In this document: in pieces, positions 32,545-45,399 of the stretch
Layout: every line of letters starts with the position of its first letter
Numbering within the stretch: the first letter of the stretch is position 1
Assembly (NCBI GenBank): GCA_964019335.1
Contig: OZ025761.1
Location: 62,001 to 126,000 of the forward strand
DNA: 64,000 nt
DNA from: Diplonema japonicum
Lineage: Eukaryota; Protista; Euglenozoa: Diplonemea
Direction of reading: 5' to 3'
Notes under the pieces: generated by a model
Databases searched by the model: none
The model's input: only the letters and a program-made list of their open reading frames with translations
What the model was told of the DNA's origin: nothing
Position numbers and translations under genes: made by a program

Positions 32545-35500
32545 GACCGAGTCTGTTCAACACACAACCTGCACTAACAGAGTGTTCGTCTGCAACTTGC
32601 AACTGCCTGCCAACTGTTCCCACCAACAATGCCAACTGTGGTGGATTGCTCTCCTTCATGACTGCTCCCAACCAATGTGGTACAACGCTCTGCTCTGTCA
32701 GGTTAGATGACAGGGGTGAAGACCAGTGTGTAGAAGACCCTGCCCACACATCCTGTTCCTGTCCTGGGTGTTGTAACGGTCTTGATTGCCAGTTCAGCAA
32801 CGCGATGCTTGCAGCCTGTCCCACTGCCATGCCTAGCCCAACTCCTTTCCTCTGCCTGGCAGGCTGCCAACCTGCAGACTGCAGTGTGTCCATCACTCAC
32901 CAGTTCTCCATCACCATCACCTGTGTCAATGACCAGCCTGCCTTCGACTGCTTGGGAAGCGGTGCCACCAGTGGTGCCAATGCTGCTTTTAAAGGTGATA
33001 CGACTGTCGAGATCAACGACTTCATCTTCAACATCAGGACGTGTCTCGACTGCGTGCTGAATGGCCAGCAGAACAACGAGAACCTCCAGAAGCCCAGGTT
33101 CATCATCAGCAACACCAACCCTTTGCTGTTTAATGTGCAGCCACAGATTGTGTGGGACCCTAAACGACCCCACCACAGCTGACCTGTGCTACAACCCCAA
33201 ATCCTGCAAGGTGGGGATGGCCACTGTCACCGTCCACATGTTCGATGACAGTGGTGTCAACGACGGTGGTGTTGATGTGGCACCTATGGACTGTGTGTTT
33301 CAAATAGAGATCAGAGATAAAAACACGGCACCATCTTTCGATTTTGGGACGTGCCCACTAGTTATTGACAAAGACCATGGTTCTTACACTGCCAATGCAT
33401 GGGCAGGGTGAAGAAGCAAAGGGTGCACTTCAGGAAGTGGTGAAGAGAACCAACAAGACCTCACTTTCAACATGCAGCTGGTGAACGCTGCCAATGCAGG
33501 GCTGTTCACAATGCAGCCTACCATCAACCCCATGACAGGAACACTCACTCATGCCCAGGATGGACATCAACACCTTTGGATGCAACGTCGACATGTATGT
33601 CCAACTGTGTGACGATGGTGTCCTGAAGACAAACCCACCACCTGCTTCGCCATTGTGCACATGTGACCCAATCACAAACTGCCCCACATGCAAGATTGTG
33701 ATACACCCTGTCAATGATGCACCGTCCTTTACCCCTGGCAAGGATGTGCTGGTGTGGGAGGATTTGTGCCAGCTGGCTGTGCCACCTGATCCACTCACCT
33801 TCACTGTACCTGACTGGGCTAAAGATATAAACGTGGGAGCTGCTTCAGAAGGCCTCACATCACCCAACCCCATGGTGTTCAACCCAGAAGGGCAGTGGTT
33901 GTATTTCGTGGTCACCACAGACAACGATGGCATCTTCGCAGTGGTGGTCCTGTCATTGATGAGACGGGGACTCTCTCTTTCACTCTGGCATGCAATGCCA
34001 ACAGCATCTCAAACGTACGTGCCGTGCTTTATGACACAGGCAACATGCCCAATGAAGGGAACACTGCTGTGTTTAAGATCATGGCCCTCCCTGTGAATGA
34101 CAAACCAACATTCGATCTTGATCCAAAGGGTGCACTGGGGCCACTTGTTGTCTCAGAGGGAGCAAGCACACTAGAATTCGACTCATGGTTGAGCAGGGTC
34201 AGCAAAGGGCCTGACGACGAAGCAGCACAGAAGCTGATGCTGCACACCACAGTCTCGAACCCCAACTGCTTCTTGATACAGCCAAACCATGACTTCACGT
34301 CAACTACGTCTGTGTGGCTGAGCTTCCAACCAGTGACCAACGTGCCCAGTGGTGCCAATTGTGAGAGTGACGTCACTGTGTTTGTGAAGGACGATGGACT
34401 GGACTTGAGGTGCAACATGTTTGTTGGAGGTCACGTATAAGATTCACATCACTGATACAAATGACCCACCCTCCTTCACCATTGGCCCCAATGTCACAAT
34501 ACAGGAAGATGCCTTCCCTGGTGGGTACACTGCTATAGTGTGGGTGAAGGATGTGTCCACAGGTCCCAATGAAGGCCTGCCTCTTCCACAGACTGTGCTG
34601 TTTCATGTAAGCACAAGTAACGATGCCCTATTCACACAAGGGAAGGGACCCACTGTGGGAACAGATGGCACTCTAACATTCACGGCTGCACCAGACGCTT
34701 GTGGGACAGCTACTGTGAGTGTCTACTTAGAAGACAATGGGGTGCCTCCTTTGCAGTCTGCAGCAACAATCAGTGATCACCATCAGCTGCTGCAACGACC
34801 CTCCCAAATTTACGATATCCTCTGACATAGTAGGCACAGCACTTCCCGAATGTACTACTGCTTGTGTGCATCAGTTCCCAAACTTTCTCACTTCGATCAG
34901 GCCTGGGCCCACTATGGCAACTGATGAGGCAACTCAAACAGTACGTTTCTATCTATCAGGATTTGATGCCTCTCTGTTTGAGGGCACAGATGGGCAGCCA
35001 AAGATAGACCAGTTTGGCACACTGACAGTAACACCCCAAGCCCCTTCACAGTGACAATCAGAGCCGAGGATGACAGCCCTATGCAGGCAGGGTGTTCTGG
35101 ATCAGCCACAAAGACTTTTCAGATGCAGATCACACCCTGGAATAATGCACCTTCATTCATACACAGCAGTAATGTAGAAGTCCTTGAAGACAGTGGCACT
35201 GCCAGCTTCCCACAATGGGCCAGGAGTATCAGTGCAGGGCCAGGTGATGAAAGCACCCAGACCCTCACTTTCACTGTGAGAGCTGCTGATCCATCTTTGT
35301 TTGATGTGCAACTGACTGTGAGCCCACAAACAGGCCTCCTATCGTTCAGACCTGCCCCTGATGCCTTTGGCACTACAGAAGTGACCATAACCCTTGATGA
35401 TGGGCAAGCACTGAACAGCCAACAAGTGCAATCTATCATCATCAACATCGTCCCCATCAACAACAGGCCCTCCTTCACTGCACCTAGCAAGATCAACATC

Positions 35501-35749
35501 CTAGAGGACAGGCCCACATACACGGAGCAGTTTGCTGTCTCTGTAAGCAAGGGTGCACCAAATGAAGCAGCTCAGACTTTCAGCTACAAAGTAACAGGGC
35601 TGATGAATGCAGACCTGTTTCAATCACCTCCCCTTCACAATGGTGAAGGATAAATGGGGTGAGTCAAAGTTTACTGTCCACTCTGTTGACAATGGTGGCA
35701 CTGCACACCTAGGTGAGGACACGTCACTGCCCATCACAGTGACTCTGAA
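32545..35749 (+). pseudogene. Cadherin-like/Ig tandem-repeat surface protein, fragmented
   Basis: Eight linker motifs VNDQPAF, KNTAPSF, VNDAPSF, VNDKPTF, TNDPPSF, CNDPPKF, WNNAPSF, INNRPSF, and GTLTFTAAPDACGTATV-type repeats over many frames. Confidence 0.8.
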
Positions 35750-36439
35750 CAGTGTTGTTACAAGAATGGGTTGCCCCCCTGAGATTTTCGGGGGGGCATG
35801 GGGGGGCAAATCCAGGGGGGTGGGGGGGTGGGGGGGCAAAAAAAAAAGTTGTCAAAGACACCCAAAAATTGATTTTTTTTCCAAAAAAAAAAATTCTTTT
35901 TTCTCAAAAGTACCTATCCTAGGCCTTAATAGAGGCTTTTAGTGAAGTGGGGTGAAAGTGAGATGTTTGGGGGTCAAAAAAAAGGTGCCCAAGAAAAACT
36001 ATTTTTCACATGAACAAGTGGTCAAAAACACCTGAAAAGTGGTTTTTTACCTCAGAAAAATTGATTGTTTTCTAAAAGGGTACCTATATCAGGCCTAGTA
36101 ATGGTCTATCTGTTGGTTTTCTCTCCTTTATGACTTACCCTTCTCATTCTTTGTATTTACCCCCCTTTTTTTTACTGTACTTTATTGGGTGTATAGGGTG
36201 CTGGAAAAAAAAAAAAAAATAGTGTCCAAAAAAATTGTTTTTCCTCCCAAAAAAAGTGGCCAAAAACACCCTTAAATTGATTTTTTCTCAAAAAAAAATT
36301 TTTTTTCCATCAAAAATACCTATTCTAGACCTCAATGAGGCTAATAGTGAAAGTGAGATGGGTCAAAAAAAAAGTGCCCAAAGATTTTTTTTCCTCACAA
36401 AAGAAATTGTCAAAAACACCTGAAAAGTGATATTTTACT

Positions 36440-36660
36440 AAAGTAATTCTCAATTACTCAGGGAGTACCACCTGGGACGTGCGAAGAACAGGTGCGAGAA
36501 AGGGTCAAGGGAGGACCAGAAAGCTTTTTCTTTCATCCCTCTCTGCTTTTTTACTTTTCGCTTTTTTCAATGGTTTATTCATACTTTTATACTCTTATAT
36601 TCATTGATCCTTTTAGCTGAAGAGCATGTAGTTGGCACAGTTGGTGTGAATGATGCAGGC
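36440..36660 (+). repeat. YR family 2 repeat A with a scrap of ORF1
   Basis: Near-identical to 25297-25478, then jumps to sequence matching ~25612-25654. Confidence 0.85.
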
Positions 36661-37242
36661 CCCTGAGCCCTCCAAGCTGATCCCAAAGCATGGAATAACC
36701 CTACACTGCAGATCCAAGCTTGAGTACCACCCAACATCAACACTTAGGCACTGCCAAGGCAGACCAGGTGTTGCTCACTCCTTTAATTGGAACCCCTCAC
36801 AAGTGTAAAAAACATCTCCCTCCCACCTACCTCCCTCTATCATTTGTGTTTATCAGTGTTTTATGAGGAAAAGGGGAAAGAAAAAAAAAAAGGAAAGGAG
36901 AAGAGGTAAAAAACCCACTTCTATTTTTTGGCAAATACTTGTAGATAAAGGACCCACAATTTTGTGGTATGAGTACTCACCCCCCCTCCCCAAAAGGTGA
37001 GAAAGCACCCGTTAAAAACTAGCAAGCTATGATTTGCTTGTGTTCTTCTTTTTTTTGACTCTTTGATTTCTGTTTTCCCTTTCCCCCACCCACCCCCACA
37101 CACCCCTGGCTGGGAGGAGGGAAAAAGAAAGCTGCAGGTATGTACAAATGTCTGGAAATGTTGTATTTGGATGTAATACAACCTGGCTGTGGTGATCAAT
37201 GCAGAACACAGAAGAAGCTACAACCTGGCTGCGGTGAGAGAT

Positions 37243-38430
37243 ATATGAGTTAAAGGACCTGCACAAGACTACTTGATTACAGGGGGTACACCACAGCCAA
37301 GTTGTAGCTTCTTCTTCCATGTCGTGTCCTTAATGTGTGTGGTGTTCAGCTCAACCCCAGCTGGGGCGTCCTGGGTAACCAAGATTCTGCTTGTGCAGGA
37401 TTGGGTTGTTCCAACCCCAGCTGGTGCCCTAAGTAGTTTACTCACCCTGAGCATCTGCAATTTGTTCTTCCACTCAGGGTGCTACAGGTGATGACCAGCC
37501 AAGTGGATGGAGGAAATGCCTGTTTGTTGTGTTGGTGGTGCCTGCACAAGAACTGTTAACTTGATACAGGGGGGCACTGCAGCTGAGTTGTAGCTTCTTC
37601 TGTGTTCTGTGTTGTGTTCTTAATGTGTGCAGTGTGCAGCTTAACCCCAGCCATAGCAACCTGGGGTAACCAAGATTCTGTGCTCATGCAGTTTGCTGCC
37701 AATTCATCACCCTGAGCATCTGCATTATATTCTCCACTTGGGTGCTACTGGTGATGACCAACATGGAGGTCAACAGCGAACAACACATCTGATGTACTTC
37801 TTATATTTCCATGTTATCCCCACCACCTGAATGATATATATATGAGTTAAAAGAGGCTGGTGTTGGTGGTGCCCTGCACAAGAACTGTCTGCTTGATTAC
37901 AGGGGCACACCACAACATAGCTTCTTCTGCATTCCGTGTCATGTCTTTAATGTGTGTGGTGTAGTTTGCTGCCTGTTTGTCACCCTAAGCATCTGCATTA
38001 TGTTCTTCCACTCGGGAGCTACTGGTGATGACCGATGAGGAGGTTAATAGTGAACAACACATCTGATGTTTTTTCATGCTATCCCTACCACCTTTGGAAT
38101 AATATACAAGAGTTAAAGGAGGCCAGTGTTGGCAGTGCCCTGCACAAGAACTGTCTACTTGATTACAGGGGGTGCACCACAGCTGGGTTGTAGCTTCTTC
38201 TGCGTTCTGCATCGTGTCCTTAATCACTGTGGCTGAGTTGTAGCTTCTTCTGTGCTCTGTGTTGTGTCCTTAATGTGTGTGGGGTTCAGCTCAACCCTAG
38301 CTGGGGCACCCTGGGTAACCAAGATTCTGCACTCGTGTGGTTTGCTCAGTGATGACCAATGAGGAGGTCAACAGCAAACAACACATCTGATGTTTTTCTT
38401 ATATTTTCATGTTATCCCCACCACCTGAAA
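37243..38430 (+). repeat. Head-to-tail array of 4-5 degenerate SINE-like units
   Basis: Repeated CTTGATTACAGGGG...CTGAGCATCTGC units, CpG-depleted relative to the 11172 copy. Confidence 0.8.
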
Positions 38431-38436
38431 AAGAAG

Positions 38437-38478
<42 letters not shown>

Positions 38479-38604
38479 CTCATTGTTTTTGTTGTTGTTG
38501 TTGTCTCTCAGTACCTGTGTAACATCTTTTCTTGTAGACATCTGTTTATACGTTTGAACTCTGCAGCAAAAAAAAGGGGGGGGATGTGGTGTTGTGGTTG
38601 TATC

Positions 38605-38740
38605 TTGTCCAGTCTGGTTCAGTCCAGTCCAGTCTGGTCTGGTCTGGTCTGGTCCAGTCTGGTCAGTCTGGTCAGTCTGGCATAATTGGGTCGAAATTCA
38701 CACTGGATCTGGTCTGGTCTGGTCCAGTCTGGTCTAGTCC
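38605..38740 (+). repeat. (GTCTG/GTCCA)n microsatellite
   Basis: Two blocks of pentamer repeats. Confidence 0.85.
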
Positions 38741-39834
38741 TAATTAGGATTTACCCATCACTGCTATTAGCCTTATTAAGGTCTAGAATAGGTATTTTTG
38801 AGGGAAAAAAAATTTTTTTTTGAAAAAAATCAATTTAAGGGTGTTTTTGGCCACTTTTTTTGGGAGGAAAAACAATTTTTTTGGACACCCTTTTTTTTTT
38901 TTTTTCCAGCACCCCATGCACCCAATAAAGTACAGTAAAAAAAAGGGGGGTAAATACAAAGAATGAGAAGGGTAAGTCATAAAGGAGAGAAAACCAACAG
39001 ATAGACCATTACTAGGCCTGATATAGGTACCCTTTTAGAAAACAATCAATTTTTCTGAGGTAAAAAACCACTTTTCAGGTGTTTTTGACCACTTGTTCAT
39101 GTGAAAAATAGTTTTTCTTGGGCACCTTTTTTTTGACCCCCAAACATCTCACTTTCACCCCACTTCACTAAAAGCCTCTATTAAGGCCTAGGATAGGTAC
39201 TTTTGAGAAAAAAGAATTTTTTTTTTTGGAAAAAAAATCAATTTTTGGGTGTCTTTGACAACTTTTTTTTTTGCCCCCCCACCCCCCCACCCCCCTGGAT
39301 TTGCCCCCCTGTGCCCCCCTGAAAATCTCAGGGGGGCAACCCATTCTCTAACAACACTGGTTGCACCCCATAACCCACAGGCACCTTCTGAAGCAGTCCC
39401 AGGTATAGGTACTCAGAAAAAAAAAAAAAAAAAGGTAAACAGTTTGTTTTTCTTCTTTTTTTTTTTTTTTTTTTCTTTCCAAGGTGGTGGGGATAACATG
39501 AAAATATAAGAAAAACATCAGATGTGTTGTTCGCTGTTGACCTCCTCGTCAGTCATCACTGGTAGTGCCCAAGTGGAAGAACATAATGCAGATGCTCAGG
39601 GTGACAAACAGGCAGCAAACTGCACGAGTGCAGAATCTTGGTTACCCAGGACACACTAGCTGGGGTTGAGCTGTACACCACACGTATTAAGGACACAACA
39701 CAGAATGCAGAAGAAGCTACAACTCGGCCACGGCACACCCCCTGTAATCAAGTAGACAGTTCTTGTGCAGGGTGCCACCAACACCAGCCTCCTTTAACTC
39801 ATATATTTTTTTTCCCCCCATTTTTTCCAAAGGG

Positions 39835-39865
<31 letters not shown>

Positions 39866-39890
39866 ATTGCAAAACTATCAAAAATAATGA

Positions 39891-40003
39891 CAGTGTTGGG
39901 GAGAGTCCTGTGAGTCCCATCGAGTCCCGTCCTGTGGAGTCCTGTGAGTCCCATCCAGGCCTGTATTCCATTTTAGGGGATGGGATGGGACTGACCAACA
40001 CTG
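39891..40003. mobile_element. 113-bp MITE with CAGTGTTGG termini
   Basis: CAGTGTTGG...CCAACACTG with internal GAGTCC(C/T) repeats. Confidence 0.55.
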
Positions 40004-43000
40004 TCATACCTGGCAAATCTAAGCAGCAGATAAGACACTGGAGGCAACCCACAAGCAGAGAAAGGTCAGAGGAGCAGTGGACGTGTACAACCACAGCAAC
40101 AGCAACAGCAACAACAGCAATCACAGCAGCCACAGCAGCAGTAACAGTACAAGGCAAGGGGGTTAGGACCCTTGGGTTTTCAGGTGTGTGGGGCTAAAGG
40201 TGGTTGGTGGTGAGCTGTGGGCAGGTAACCCCTGGGTCTCCAGGGGGGTAGGGGCAAGTGGAAGTAAGAGGACACACCTGCAGAGTACAACATCAAAAGG
40301 GTGGTGCAGGCACTTGCTTTGCTGGGGGTGCAGTGGTCAGGTGTTCCAGATTCCCCAGGTCTGGAGGAGGAAAGGCAGGTGCTGCTTGGCAAGATGGTGA
40401 AGGTTCGAGCAGGAAACATAATGCATGGAATGGCATCAGTGCTGGAAGACCTAGTGAGTTTTGCAACTGCTCACAAGGTGGTGGGAAGTCTGGAGGACAA
40501 GGTGCTGCTCTGGCTTGCGAGGAAGGCAAAGCAGGGTGTTGCTCCATCTGCAAGGGCTGGATATGCTCATTCCATGACCTCAGTGGTGGCGTTGTTCAGC
40601 AAGGAAGAGAAGCTGCAGGGCCTAAGGTGGTACATTGACTCAATGGAGCACCAAGGGGCAAGGCAGCCACAGACACAAGCAAAGGTGCTGACGATGCTGG
40701 AGGTGTGGAGCCTGGTCAGGGGGCTGGATGTGCAGATGGGAACAGCTGTCCTGCTGATGTGGTTGATGGCACTGCACTTCTCAGATGTCCTGCAGCTGGC
40801 AGATTGCATTGTTGTCGAGAACACAGTGACGTCCCTAAGGTTAAGGTTCACCATTGAGGCAGGCAAGACCAATCGTGGCAAGAAGAAGACAGAAGAGGAG
40901 GTTGAGGTGGCTGCAGAGTGGAAGGACAAGGTGCTAGAGCATGTGGAAGCTGTGAAGGGGAGAAGGATGTTTGTGGTGCTGAGGTATGCTGAGTTCATGG
41001 CAGCAATGAAGGCCATTGTTCCTCATGTTTCTACCACTCCCTGAAGCACACACATGTCCAGATGGTGGCACAGGACAACCCCAACATGCCCATGGAGGAG
41101 CTAATGCTGGACTCCAGGCACAAGGGTGTACTGTCAAGATGTATGCAGGGGCATAGGTGCTGAGGCAGCAGAAGAGTAGGAAAGTGGATCCGGTGAGGTG
41201 TTGACTCCAACAGAGGCAATGAGTGGTGTGAACCTGGGGCTGCCTGGAAATTCTGGGTGTGGCATGGGGGAACACATGAAGAGCCGAAGGAGGAGGAGAC
41301 ACAGGGGTTTGTGGAAGAGGATCCTCATGATGCTGGATGTGAGGAACTATGATGAGGATCCTCTCCAGTTCGACAAGTATGAGGAATCGAAGGAGGCAAG
41401 GAAGGCAGGAGTGCTACAGCAGGAAGGAGACATGGACACAGTTGTGACCAACACCGTGCAGCTTGAGGTGATGCATGGCTTCCAGATGGAGGATGGCAGC
41501 ATCAACACAGTTGTTCCTGATGTGGAGCGGCTCCTTGGTGGTGGAAAGGTGTTTGAGGATCTGTTTGAAGACGAAGATTTCCAGCCAGTAGGGGTGCCAG
41601 GAAAGAAGTCAATGCTCACCCGTAGGCAGGTGCAGCAGCAGGAGGAGGCAGGTGTGCTGGAGAAGAAGGGATGGTCTGATGAGAAGGTGAAGAACGTGGT
41701 GAAAGCGTTCACAGTTCCAAAGCCAAGTGGGAAGAGGAGGCTGGTGGTGGATGCATCACTGGTGGGCAATGCACAGAGGGACCCTCCATCAGTTGATCTG
41801 CCATCTGTTGCTGATGTGAAGGAGATGGTGGTGCAAAACGAGTACGTTGTGCAGCTGGATGGGAAGTCGTGGTTCTACCAGATTGGAGCCTGGCCCCTCC
41901 GTGAGTATTTTGCATTGTGTACAGTTGCAGGGTGGTACTGGTTGGTTGTGCTGGGAATGGGCTGGTCGTGGAGCGTGTGGGTGGCACAGAGTGTGGCAGC
42001 GTTGTTGGCAAGTGAGGCTTGTGTGAGGGCAGGAAGGATGAAGGCTGGTGTGCTTGTTTACATTGACAACTTTGTCCTGTATGCAGAACAGAAGGAGGAT
42101 GTGGCTGGCCTGGTTGGTGTGCTGAAGCAGACAGCTGTACATTGTGGTGCTGTTTTCAAGGAAGAAGACCATTGTCCAAAGCAGAGGGAGGAGGTTTTGA
42201 GAATGCAGCTGGACCTGAAGGAGAAGCTGGTGTCGCTGAAGCAGTCATGGGTGAGCAAGTTTGCAGATGCAACAGCGTTGTTCCTCATGGCACCAACGAA
42301 GTTTACACTGAGGGCCACATGGAAGGTGCTGGGGGCGTATGAGGGTCCTTGACATCAGTCATTTGAAGGTGATTCACATGAAACAGTGGATGTCAAGGCA
42401 TGCAAGGAGGCTAGGTAGTGGCGAAGAAAGCTGGGAGAGCAGGGTGACATGGTGGGCTGCAGCGATGAAGGACGTGCGGTGGGTCATTGCTGCAATTCTG
42501 GAAAACAGCCCAGTGGATGTCAGGTAGGTAGAGTTTGAATGGGAGGAGACCCTGTGGAGTGATGCCTCAATGAAGGGAGGGGCCTTCATTCTGCAGTCGA
42601 CTGGTGAGGTTGGCCAGTTCAAGTGGACACAGCAGGGTGAGCCAATTCACGTTTTGGAGGCCCGTGCTTGTTTGAGAGGTGTGTGCAGATGGGTGGAGAC
42701 GAGGGAGAGAGGCGAAGCAGTGGTGATGAAGACAGACTCAATGCTGGTCTTTTTCACCCTCAGGGACAGGAAGGCAACAGGTTATCTTTAACAATGTAGT
42801 TGATGATATTGTAACATTGCTTGATGGTCTCCCCTGGAGGGTGGAGTGGGTCCCGACTGAGGAGCAGTTGGCAGACAAGCCAAGCCGCATCTTTACATGA
42901 CGTGTGTTTTTTCCGTGGTCTGCTCCTACATCTATCCTGCACATGCCCTCTACATCTTCGGTATCTGTCTTGCAGCCGTCCTTTCAATGGTGAGTGTGAA

Positions 43001-43273
43001 TGTTGAAGGTGTCCTGAATGTGTTTTTTGATTTAGGGTCACGGGGTGGGGCTCGCAGGTAGGTGGTTTGAGGCCAGGTTAGTTTGCCGATTGGCATCCCA
43101 CTTTGTGGGACCCAACTGATCTGTCCGAAATCCCCTGTTCGCGAGTACCCTTTTTTATATTGTATTGTGTTAACATACCCGCGATGCCAAAGATACACAG
43201 GAGAAAATATGTTTGGCAGTTGCACCCCATGACCCACAGGCACCTTCTGAAGCAGTCCCAGGTATAGGTACTC
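40004..43273 (+). mobile_element. YR family 2 copy 2 (5'-truncated; YR, RT, RH, 3' repeat B)
   Basis: Colinear with 26854-28970 and continues through RNase H motifs WSDAS, HVLEA, KTDS, WVPTEEQLADKPS. Confidence 0.9.
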
Positions 43274-44138
43274 TCACTGTATGGTAAGTAACACTGCCAG
43301 AAAAAACCACAAAAAAAGATCAATGAATATAAGAGTGAGTACCTATACCTGGGACTGCTTCAGAAGGTGCCTGCGGGTCATGGGGTGCAACTGCCAAACA
43401 TATTTTCCCCTGTGTATTTTTGGCATCGCGGGTATGCTAAAACAATACAATATAAAAAAGGGTACTCGGATTTCGGACAGATCAGTTGGGTCCCACAAAG
43501 TGGGATGCCAATCGGCAAACTAACCTGGCCTCAAACCACCCACCTGCGAGCCCCACCCCGTGACCCTAAATCAAAAAACACATTCAGGACACCTTCAACA
43601 TTCACACTCACCATTGAAAGGACGGCTGCAAGACAGATACCGAAGATGTAGAGGGCATGTGCAGGATAGATGTAGGAACAGACCACGGAAAAACCACACG
43701 TCATGTAAAGATGTGGCTTGGCTTGTAAACAACGTACTTGTTTTTCACCACCATCTCCTTCACATCGGCAACAGATGGCAGATCAACTGATGGAGGGTCC
43801 CTCTGTGCATTGCCCACCAGCGACGCATCCACCACCAGCCTCCTCTTCCCACTTGGTTTCGGAACTGTGAACGCTTTCACCACGTTCTTCACCTTCTCAT
43901 CAGACCATCCCTTCTTCTCCAGCACACCTGCCTCCTCCTGCTGCTGCACCTGCCTATGGGTGAGCGTTGACTTCTTTCCTGGCACCCCTACTGGCTGGAA
44001 ATCTTCGTCCTCAAACAGATCCTCAAACACCTTTCCACCACCAAGGAGCTCCACATCAGGAACAACTGTGTTGATGCTGCCATCCTCCATCCAGAAGCCA
44101 TGCATCGCCTCAAGCTGCACGGTGTTGGTCACAACTGT
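43274..44138 (-). mobile_element. YR family 2 copy 3 (deleted; continues at 49308-49345)
   Basis: Inverted RT fragment, 3' UTR/B and part of A; split by the Penelope-like insertion. Confidence 0.85.
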
Positions 44139-45399
44139 AAGCATGGGTATGAAGTCCCGCCTGTCAGTCGACGCGCTCACGAGCTCCGAAAACCTGGAAC
44201 AAGACTTGGTCGGCTTCGTAAACCTTCACTTCAAGAAAGCCCTCGCGTCTGAAAGATTGACGTTCCTACGGGCTCTACACACCAAAGCAGAGGCTACTCT
44301 GAACAAAGAGCTCCAGCAGCCCGTCTTTGATCCTAAGGTCCCCGAGCAGCTTAAATCAAAGCTAAAAGAGTTGCAGAAGGCTTTCGTGTTCTTGCCAGTC
44401 GACAAAAGCGTCCACGACATCGGCATGGTCTGCAAGGCACACTACCTACAACTGCTCCACGCCCAGCTCGACGGCGAGTGTTTTGCAGAGGTACAAGACA
44501 TGGAGAGCACAAGGCATAGCATCACAGAAGAGACTGAATCGTTCGGTATCAAGATCAAGTCGACGAAGATGCCATACCTTTACGGGGCCATCAAGTTACA
44601 CAAAGAACAAGTAGGCTTCCGGTGGATTTCTGGCGTGTCGTCCCGAGACCCCCCTGCGACGGAGGAAGGCACCAACCCACAAGCACAATCAACGCAGTCC
44701 ATAATGGAACGACTGCTAGCTGCAGGTTCCGACGGTGAGCGCGACGACGCCTTCAAGGCCGCCGCCCCAACGAACGCAGCAAGACCGGTTGCAGCGATGA
44801 CAGGAGCGCACAAAGAGCTCTCGAGCCTCCTAAAAGCTGTACAACGCACCCTGCACGAGAAGGACCTGGAGTTCCGAAGCAAGGAGGTGAATCCGGGCCT
44901 CAGCGGAGTACGCCGCTTCTGGATCGTGGAATCAGCTGAGCAGGTCGCGGCTGAGATCAAACAGCGGTACACGTTTTTCAAGTCGAAGGTCCCCGCCACC
45001 TACGACTTTAAAACGATGTACTCCAACCTGGACCAGGGACTCCTTCGAAAGGGCCTGGGCAGAGCAATCCGCGAAGCCTTCGAGCACGCCGGGAAGGAGC
45101 TGGTGATAAACAAGAGCGGAAGTAGCTTCGCGGATGCAGAAGACGACGACAAAGTGTACTCCCTCTCGATGGTGGAGGAACTAGTCGAATTCGTCGTTGA
45201 CAACGCGTACGTCGAGCAAGGCGGCCGTGCTCTGCGCCAGGTGCGGGGCATACCGATGGGCGGCAACGCGTCTCCGGATATAGCGAACCTATACTGCTAT
45301 TCCGTCGAAGCCGACTACATCGACGGCTTGATCGAGAACAAGGACTGGGGCCGTCTCAAGGAGTTATGCTCAGCCGCCCGCTACATCACAAACTCCTGA
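44139..45399 (+). pseudogene. PLE-type reverse transcriptase (Naiad/Chlamys-like), motif C deleted
   Basis: FVFLPVDKSVHDIGMVCKAHY, PYLYGAIKLHK, FRWI, YDFKTMYSNL, QVRGIPMGGNASPDIANLY; breaks at RYI where DD is expected. Confidence 0.85.

Larger units (their letters stand above)
35750..39359. mobile_element. Foldback-like element with ~590-bp inverted arms starting CAGTGTTG
   Basis: 35750-~36340 is the reverse complement of ~38770-39359; interior filled with other repeats; no TSD. Confidence 0.75.

Noticed and set aside
43738-44138. N-terminal part of the 553-aa ORF
   Set aside because: Antisense YR RT outside the TSD; not part of the PLE protein.
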